Source: Neptuniibacter sp. (GTDB lineage Bacteria; Pseudomonadota; Gammaproteobacteria; Pseudomonadales; Balneatricaceae). From it: a DNA stretch of 36,831 bases. Below, one piece after another: positions 30,307 to 36,831 of this stretch. A program made the position numbers and the translations under genes. The notes under the pieces are model-generated. The model was not told where the DNA came from and did not search any database. It saw only the letters and a list, made by a program, of their open reading frames with translations. The stretch's first letter is position 1. Every line of letters starts with the position of its first letter. The stretch is from contig JAIBDV010000001.1 in assembly GCA_024686055.1 (NCBI GenBank), forward strand, positions 1 through 36,831, given 5' to 3'.

Positions 30307-31941
30307 ATGATTTTTAGACCAGTATTCGCCGTTTCCCTGCTCTCTGCGCTGGTGTTGAGTGGTTGTCAGACGATGCAGCAAGCGGAAACCGCCCGTACAG
30401 GCCCGGATTCCGGTGTCCTACAGCCCGAAAACCCGTTAGCCCAGAACGCTCAAGCCACCGAGCAAAATACAGCTATACTTGCCACCCCACAGAACAGCGC
30501 GCCCGAAACGGTAATGGCCGCAGCACCTGCAGACATTTGGCAGTTAACCCGTGATAACTTCAAATTTGACCTGAACCCGAACCAGCAACGGTTCAGGGCA
30601 CAGCTCAAATGGTACAGCGCTCATCCAAAATACATGAACCGGGTAATTGACCGTGGTTCACGTTATTACCAGTATATGCTCGGTGAAGTGCTCAAACGCG
30701 GCATGCCTGCCGAAGTTGCACTGTTACCCGTCGTTGAAAGTGCCTTTGACCCCTTCGCCTACTCCCATGGCCGTGCATCCGGACCCTGGCAGTTTATTCC
30801 AGGCACCGGCAAACGGTTCGGCTTGCGCCAGGGCTGGTGGTACGACGGACGTCGCGACATTGTCGCCTCAACCCGTGCCGCGCTGGACTACCTGGATATC
30901 CTGCAAAAACGCTATAAGGGCGATTACCTGTTAGCACTGGCAGCGTATAACTGTGGTGAAGGTACGGTTGACCGAGCCGTCAAACGTAACCGTAAAGCAG
31001 GCAAACCGATTGATTTCTGGTCACTCAAGCTGCCAAAAGAAACCAGCGCTTACGTGCCAAAACTGCTCGCCGTCGCGCGGATGTTCAACAGCCCGGATGA
31101 GTTCAAATTCACACCGAAGCCACTCACCAATACGCCCTATTTCAAGATAGTGCCTACTGATGGCCAGCTCGATCTGGCAGAAGCTGCCAAGCTTGCTGAG
31201 ATCGACATTCAAGAACTGTACCTGCTCAACCCAGGCTTTAACCGCTGGGCAACCGATCCCAAAGGCCCCCACTACCTGTTAATCCCCGTGCAACAGGCTG
31301 ACCTGTTTGCCAAAAACCTCGCAGACCTGCCAGCTGATAAACGCATGAGCTGGAATCGCCACGTTGTTAAACGCGGTGACTCGCTGGGGAAAATTGCGCG
31401 TAAATACAGCACTTCCATTGACGTTGTTCGCACGACGAACGAAATCAAAGGTAACCGTATTCGCGTTGGCCAGGCGCTGCTTATTCCACAGGCACGCCAT
31501 CAGCCCAGCAGCTACGTGCTCAGCAAGGCCCAGCGCCAGCTACGCTCGCAACAGAAAATTGCCCGCAAAACCCGCAAACGTAAAATCAACTACACCGTTA
31601 AATCCGGTGATAGCTTCTGGAGCATCGCCCGTAAGCATAACGTCAGCGTGCGCAGCCTCAGCAGCTGGAACGGACTGGCACCGCGCGACACTCTGAGCAT
31701 CGGTAAAAAGCTGGTGATCTGGAAACAACCTAAATCCAGCACCAAACTGGCTACCAATAGCCAGGGTGGGCAGCTGCTGCGCAAAATTGGTTACAAGGTA
31801 CGCAGTGGTGACTCCCTGTCTCGTATCGCGGGCCGATTCAAGGTTAAAATCAAAGACATCCAGCGCTGGAACAAGCTGGAGAAAACCAAATACCTGCAGC
31901 CCGGCCAACGCCTGACGCTGTACGTTGATATCACACGCTAA
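30307..31941 (+). CDS. mltD: Membrane-bound lytic murein transglycosylase D (SLT domain plus three LysM)
   Basis: Lipobox LSGC, LLPVVESAF, WQF, AAYNCG and three VKxGDS-type LysM repeats; ATG at 30307. Confidence 0.95.
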   Translation: MIFRPVFAVSLLSALVLSGCQTMQQAETARTGPDSGVLQPENPLAQNAQATEQNTAILATPQNSAPETVMAAAPADIWQLTRDNFKFDLNPNQQRFRAQLKWYSAHPKYMNRVIDRGSRYYQYMLGEVLKRGMPAEVALLPVVESAFDPFAYSHGRASGPWQFIPGTGKRFGLRQGWWYDGRRDIVASTRAALDYLDILQKRYKGDYLLALAAYNCGEGTVDRAVKRNRKAGKPIDFWSLKLPKETSAYVPKLLAVARMFNSPDEFKFTPKPLTNTPYFKIVPTDGQLDLAEAAKLAEIDIQELYLLNPGFNRWATDPKGPHYLLIPVQQADLFAKNLADLPADKRMSWNRHVVKRGDSLGKIARKYSTSIDVVRTTNEIKGNRIRVGQALLIPQARHQPSSYVLSKAQRQLRSQQKIARKTRKRKINYTVKSGDSFWSIARKHNVSVRSLSSWNGLAPRDTLSIGKKLVIWKQPKSSTKLATNSQGGQLLRKIGYKVRSGDSLSRIAGRFKVKIKDIQRWNKLEKTKYLQPGQRLTLYVDITR

Positions 31942-31950
31942 GGACAACCC

Positions 31951-32199
31951 ATGGACGCAACCAGCATCATTATTATCGTTATCGCTACGATAACAGCGAT
32001 TGCCTTCAAGTGGTTTCTGTTCCGCCGCATCCGTCGCTGGATGGATGCGGACCTGATCAAGGGCCTGGCCGGGAATAACCCGGCCAAACTGGCGTACCTG
32101 CAAACACAGCTGTCTGATTTACAGGCCGCCGGCACGCGACGGACAACAGTGCATGAGAAACTCGAGCAACTGGCCGCTGATTTTGAACAAAAGCCCTGA
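31951..32199 (+). CDS. Small single-pass membrane protein, unknown function
   Basis: 82 aa with N-terminal hydrophobic helix then RRIRRWMD; AAGGA RBS overlaps the mltD stop. Confidence 0.75.
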   Translation: MDATSIIIIVIATITAIAFKWFLFRRIRRWMDADLIKGLAGNNPAKLAYLQTQLSDLQAAGTRRTTVHEKLEQLAADFEQKP

Positions 32200-32223
32200 A
32201 ACAGAGTCTGAACTTCAACTATA

Positions 32224-32251
32224 TTGACACCGTAACTGTCTGATTCAGAAT
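32224..32251 (+). promoter_or_regulatory. Candidate sigma70 promoter of the yej operon
   Basis: TTGACA-16 nt-CAGAAT; the -10 overlaps the palindrome TCTGA-T-TCAGA. Confidence 0.45.
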
Positions 32252-32290
32252 ACGAATCCTGCAATCAGCCCCTGGGGTGACGGATCACAG

Positions 32291-34117
32291 ATGACTGTTT
32301 TAAAAAAAATACTGCTGGGCGGCCTGCTGGCCGCCGTAAGCGCACTGCCGGTTCAGGCAGCCACTGATAACCCGCTGCCCCCTCAACATGGCATCGCCAT
32401 GCATGGGGACCTCAAATATAGCGCGGGCTTTACCCACTTCGATTACGTTAACCCTGACGCGCCAAAAGGCGGCAGCGTCACTCAGGCCGGTGTCGGTACG
32501 TTCGACAGTTTCAATCAGTTTATTATCAAAGGTGCATCGGCTGACGGTCTGGGGCTGATATACGACAGCTTGCTTGAGCGCGCCAATGACGAGCCCTTCT
32601 CCCTGTATGGGCTGCTGGCAGCATCAATGGAAGTACCGGAAGATCGCAGCTTTATTACCTTCAACCTGCGCCCCGAGGCTCGTTTCAGTGATGGCCAGCC
32701 GTTAACCGCAGACGATGTTGTTTACACCTTCAAATTACTCCGTGAAAAAGGTGCCCCGCTGTTTCGCGCCTACTACGCCGATATCAGCAAGATCGAAGTC
32801 ATCAACCCCCACCGGGTAAAATTTCACTTCAGTACCAACCAGAACCGTGAACTGGCACTGATTGTTGGCGAAGTGCCTATTCTGCCAAAACATATCTGGG
32901 AAACCCGAGACTTCAGCAGCCCTACGCTGGAACTTCCGATTGGCTCCGGTCCTTACGTCATCTCCAGCTTTGAATCGGGCCGTAGCATTACCTACCAGCG
33001 GCGCAGTGACTACTGGGCCGAAGGCTTGCCGGTGAGTAAAGGTATTCATAACTTCGGCAGCATCACTTACGACTACTATCGCGACGACACCGTATCTCTG
33101 GAAGCCTTCAAAGCCGGTGAATACGACTTTCGACTGGAGAACTCATCCAAACGCTGGGCAACCGGTTACACCGGACCACAATTCAGCGATGGCCGCATCG
33201 TCATTCAGGAACTGAAACATCAGAATACGACGGGCATGCAGGGCTTCGTCATGAACAGCCGTCGCAGTCAGTTTGCTGACCCTCGGGTTCGCCAGGCGCT
33301 GGGCTACGCCTTCGATTTCGAATGGACTAACCGCAATATTTTTTACAGCGCCTATAAACGCACCCACAGCTATTTTGCCAACTCCGAAATGGCGGCCACC
33401 GAACTGCCCGATGCGCGTGAGCTGGCGGTACTGGAGCCGATCAGAAACAAGGTCCCTGCCGAGGTTTTCAGCACGGTCTACCGTGCTCCAACCACCGATG
33501 GCAGCGGTAAAACCCGTAGCCATCTGCGTGAAGCCCTCCGCCTGTTGCGCAGCGCAGGCTGGGAACTCAACAAAGGGAAATTGATTGATCAGACCAGTGG
33601 CAAGCAGTTCAAATTTGAAATACTGATGCGGGACAAATCGTTCGAACGCATCATTGCCCCTTTTGCCCGCAACCTGAAACGCATGGGCGTTGATGTTCAG
33701 ATCAGGCTGGTCGATATCTCCCAGTTCATCAACCGTTACCGCAGCTACGACTTTGACATGCTGGTTGGCAGCTTCCCGCAGTCCAGCTCACCCGGTAATG
33801 AGCAACGCGACTACTGGCATTCCTCCATGGCAGACCAGCCTGGCACCCGGAACATTATCGGTATCAAAAACCCGGCTATCGATTATCTGGTTGAGACGCT
33901 GATTCAGGCACCGACCCGGGCCGATCTGGTTGCCCGCAGCCGGGCACTGGACCGGGTACTGCAGTGGAATCATTATGTAATTCCGCAGTATCACATCAGC
34001 ACCTACCGGGTTGCCTACTGGAACAAATTTGGCGTACCAGCAATGCGACCCAAATACAGCCTGGGCTTTAACACCTGGTGGGTGAAGCCTGATGCTGAAC
34101 TGAGTGAAGCGAACTGA
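32291..34117 (+). CDS. yejA: Peptide ABC transporter substrate-binding protein (YejA/NppA type)
   Basis: Signal peptide, [18 protein letters not shown] and DPRVRQAL. Confidence 0.92.
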   Translation: MTVLKKILLGGLLAAVSALPVQAATDNPLPPQHGIAMHGDLKYSAGFTHFDYVNPDAPKGGSVTQAGVGTFDSFNQFIIKGASADGLGLIYDSLLERANDEPFSLYGLLAASMEVPEDRSFITFNLRPEARFSDGQPLTADDVVYTFKLLREKGAPLFRAYYADISKIEVINPHRVKFHFSTNQNRELALIVGEVPILPKHIWETRDFSSPTLELPIGSGPYVISSFESGRSITYQRRSDYWAEGLPVSKGIHNFGSITYDYYRDDTVSLEAFKAGEYDFRLENSSKRWATGYTGPQFSDGRIVIQELKHQNTTGMQGFVMNSRRSQFADPRVRQALGYAFDFEWTNRNIFYSAYKRTHSYFANSEMAATELPDARELAVLEPIRNKVPAEVFSTVYRAPTTDGSGKTRSHLREALRLLRSAGWELNKGKLIDQTSGKQFKFEILMRDKSFERIIAPFARNLKRMGVDVQIRLVDISQFINRYRSYDFDMLVGSFPQSSSPGNEQRDYWHSSMADQPGTRNIIGIKNPAIDYLVETLIQAPTRADLVARSRALDRVLQWNHYVIPQYHISTYRVAYWNKFGVPAMRPKYSLGFNTWWVKPDAELSEAN

Positions 34118-35211
34118 TGGCTGCCTATATTCTTCGCCGGTTGTTTCTGATTATCCCCACCCTGCTGGGCATTCTCACCATCAACTTTTTGATTGTACAG
34201 GCAGCGCCAGGCGGGCCGGTGGAACAGACCATCGCTCAGCTCGAAGGGCTGGACCCTGGCGCAACTAACCGGGTTGGCAGCGGCGTAAAGACCGATACCG
34301 TGCAAACCACCACCAGTAGCGGCGAAAGCAGCTACCGGGGTGGCCGCGGGCTGGACCCGGACCTGGTTAAAGAGATCGAAGCGCTATACGGCTTCGATAA
34401 ACCGGCCCACGAACGCTTCCTGCAGATGCTGGGTAACTATCTGGTGTTCGACTTCGGTAAAAGCTTCTACAGTGATAAACCCGTGGTAGACCTGATTCTG
34501 GAGAAGCTCCCGGTCTCGATCTCCCTTGGGCTCTGGACCACCCTGCTCACCTATCTGATCTCAGTCCCCTTAGGGATAAAAAAAGCAGTGCGTGACGGTA
34601 CCCCCTTTGATGTCTGGTCCAGCACGGCAGTGATTATTGGCTACGCCATCCCCAACTTCCTGTTCGCGATCCTGCTGATCGTCATTTTCGCGGGCGGTAC
34701 CTATTTTGACTGGTTCCCCCTGCGTGGGCTGACCTCGCCGAATTTTGACCAGCTCAGCACCTGGGGTCAGATTAAAGACTACTTCTGGCACATCACCTTG
34801 CCCGTCGTCGCCTCAGTAATCGGCAGCTTTGCCACCCTCACCATGCTGACTAAAAACAGCTTCCTGGATGAAATTAACAAACAGTATGTGCTGACCGCCC
34901 GCGCCAAAGGCCTGAAAGAGAATCAGGTACTTTATGGCCACGTGTTCCGTAACGCTATGCTGCTAATCATTGCGGGCATGCCTGCCGCACTGATCGGTAT
35001 TTTCTTTACCGGCTCCATGCTGATTGAGGTAATTTTCTCGCTGGATGGACTGGGTTTGCTGGGCTACGAGGCAGTCATCAAGCGAGACTATCCGGTGATC
35101 TTTGGCACCCTGTATATCTTCACCCTGCTGGGGCTGATTCTGAAGCTGATCAGCGACATTACCTATACGCTGGTTGACCCCCGTATCGACTTTGAAAGCC
35201 GGGAGTACTGA
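34117..35211 (+). CDS. yejB: Peptide ABC transporter permease
   Basis: [21 protein letters not shown] and TARAKGL. Confidence 0.95.
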   Translation: MAAYILRRLFLIIPTLLGILTINFLIVQAAPGGPVEQTIAQLEGLDPGATNRVGSGVKTDTVQTTTSSGESSYRGGRGLDPDLVKEIEALYGFDKPAHERFLQMLGNYLVFDFGKSFYSDKPVVDLILEKLPVSISLGLWTTLLTYLISVPLGIKKAVRDGTPFDVWSSTAVIIGYAIPNFLFAILLIVIFAGGTYFDWFPLRGLTSPNFDQLSTWGQIKDYFWHITLPVVASVIGSFATLTMLTKNSFLDEINKQYVLTARAKGLKENQVLYGHVFRNAMLLIIAGMPAALIGIFFTGSMLIEVIFSLDGLGLLGYEAVIKRDYPVIFGTLYIFTLLGLILKLISDITYTLVDPRIDFESREY

Positions 35212-35214
35212 GGG

Positions 35215-36249
35215 ATGCGCGCAAAACTGAGCCCGATCAATCAGCGTCGGCTGGACACCTTTACCCGCAATCGACGGGGTTACTGGTCAATGTGGATCTT
35301 CCTGGTGCTGTTCGTACTCAGCCTGGGAGCTGAGCTGATCGCCAACGACAAACCACTGCTGCTCCAGTACCAGGGCGAGTATTACAGCCCTATGCTCAAT
35401 GACTACAGTGAGCTGGATTTTGGCGGTGAGTTTGATACCCTGGCTGATTACAAAGACCCCTATATTCAGGAACTGATCACCGAACAAGGCCAGGGCTGGC
35501 TGATCTGGCCGCTGGTGCAGTTCAGCTATGACACTATCAATTACGAGCTGCCAACCCCGGCCCCGTCAGCACCCAGCCGTGAAAACTGGCTGGGCACCGA
35601 TGATCAGGGCCGTGATCTGCTGGCACGCAGTATCTACGGCTTTCGTATCTCAGTGCTGTTTGCTGTGGTGCTAACGCTGGCCAGCTCGGTGATCGGCGTC
35701 GCTGCCGGGGCTGTGCAGGGCTACTATGGCGGTAAAGTCGATCTGTACTTTCAGCGTTTTATCGAGATATGGTCCGGCCTGCCGGTGATGTTTCTGCTGA
35801 TTATTCTGGCCAGTATCGTCGAGCCTAATTTCTGGTGGCTGCTGGGCATTATGCTGCTGTTTTCCTGGATGAGCCTGGTTGATATCGTGCGTGCTGAGTT
35901 TCTGCGCGGGCGTAATCTGGAATACGTCCGTGCGGCACGGGCGCTGGGACTGTCCGACCGGCTAATTATGTTTCGCCATATTCTGCCTAACGCCATGGTC
36001 GCGACCCTGACCTTCATGCCCTTTATCTTCAACGGTGCCATCGTCACCCTGACCGCGCTGGATTTCCTCGGCTTTGGTTTACCACCCGGCTCTCCCTCAC
36101 TGGGTGAGATGGTCGCGCAGGGTAAAGATAACCTGCACGCCCCCTGGCTGGGCATCACCGCCTTTGTTGTCCTGTCCGTTATGCTGACCCTGCTGATCTT
36201 TATTGGCGAAGCCGTCCGTGATGCGTTTGATCCGAGGAAAGTAGCATGA
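35215..36249 (+). CDS. yejE: Peptide ABC transporter permease
   Basis: ANDKPL, LGTDDQGRD and EYVRAARALG (EAA motif). Confidence 0.95.
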   Translation: MRAKLSPINQRRLDTFTRNRRGYWSMWIFLVLFVLSLGAELIANDKPLLLQYQGEYYSPMLNDYSELDFGGEFDTLADYKDPYIQELITEQGQGWLIWPLVQFSYDTINYELPTPAPSAPSRENWLGTDDQGRDLLARSIYGFRISVLFAVVLTLASSVIGVAAGAVQGYYGGKVDLYFQRFIEIWSGLPVMFLLIILASIVEPNFWWLLGIMLLFSWMSLVDIVRAEFLRGRNLEYVRAARALGLSDRLIMFRHILPNAMVATLTFMPFIFNGAIVTLTALDFLGFGLPPGSPSLGEMVAQGKDNLHAPWLGITAFVVLSVMLTLLIFIGEAVRDAFDPRKVA

Positions 36250-36831
36250 GCACGCTGATTCAGGTCCGCAACCTGTCGGTTGCCTTCAGCAATGGCAACA
36301 GCCAGGCCAGCAGTACCGTGGTAAAGAACATCAGCTTTGATATCGCCCGGGGTAAAACCATGGCCCTGGTCGGCGAGTCAGGCTCAGGCAAGTCCGTCAG
36401 CGCGCTGTCGGTACTGCGCCTGTTACCTTATCCAGCTGCCAGCCACCCCAGTGGGGAGATTCTGTATGACGGTGAAGATCTGTTGCAAGCCAGCGAAGAC
36501 CGCATGCGCCAGCTGCGTGGCGACCGTATCGGGCTGATTTTTCAGGAACCGATGACTTCACTGAACCCGCTGCACAATATCGAGCGCCAGATCAGTGAAA
36601 CCCTGCTACTACACAAAGGCCTCAGCGGTAGTAAGGCCCGCCAGCGAACGCTGGAGCTACTCGACCTGGTCGGCATCCCGGCCCCTGAATCACGGTTAAA
36701 AAGCTTTCCGCACGAGCTGTCTGGCGGCCAGCGCCAGCGGGTGATGATCGCCATGGCACTGGCCAATGACCCAGAATTACTGATCGCCGACGAGCCCACC
36801 ACGGCACTGGATGTCACCATCCAGGAACAAA
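36246..36831 (+). CDS. yejF: Peptide ABC transporter ATP-binding protein (partial, runs off the window)
   Basis: ATGA overlap with yejE. Translates MSTLIQVRNLSVAF...GESGSGKS...IFQEPM...LSGGQRQR...IADEPTTALD. Absent from the ORF track because there is no stop in the window. Confidence 0.93.
   Translation, partial: MSTLIQVRNLSVAFSNGNSQASSTVVKNISFDIARGKTMALVGESGSGKSVSALSVLRLLPYPAASHPSGEILYDGEDLLQASEDRMRQLRGDRIGLIFQEPMTSLNPLHNIERQISETLLLHKGLSGSKARQRTLELLDLVGIPAPESRLKSFPHELSGGQRQRVMIAMALANDPELLIADEPTTALDVTIQEQ

Noticed and set aside
31938-32264. 108-aa minus-strand ORF between mltD and yejA
   Set aside because: Antisense to the better supported 82-aa + strand gene, which has an RBS and a TM helix.

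Overview
Chromosomal window from a marine gammaproteobacterium (gene order and proteins are Pseudomonas/Oceanospirillales-like; the taxon is an inference). Bases 1-6480 are accessory: a frameshifted dCache-type chemoreceptor gene, a compact arsenic cluster (arsR-gapdh-arsJ followed by an uncharacterised Gate-domain membrane protein) and a divergent osmC-like/LysR pair. The rest is conserved core in two blocks. The first is sthA-nqrM-apbE-nqrFEDCBA-gap / mfd-csiV / nagZ-(ElsL-like YkuD)-psrA. The second is sohB / SCP2, nhaB, dnaQ-rnhA-yafS / gloB, mltD, a small membrane protein and yejABEF (yejF cut by the window end). I saw no rRNA, tRNA, CRISPR array, transposase or phage gene. The best candidates for new biology are a structured 5' leader RNA upstream of nqrA with sense-strand-specific G-U pairs, a second structured leader upstream of nhaB, the extra membrane gene in a minimal ars cluster, and a G-tract frameshift in the chemoreceptor. 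All assignments come from motif recognition by eye; no database search or folding computation was run.
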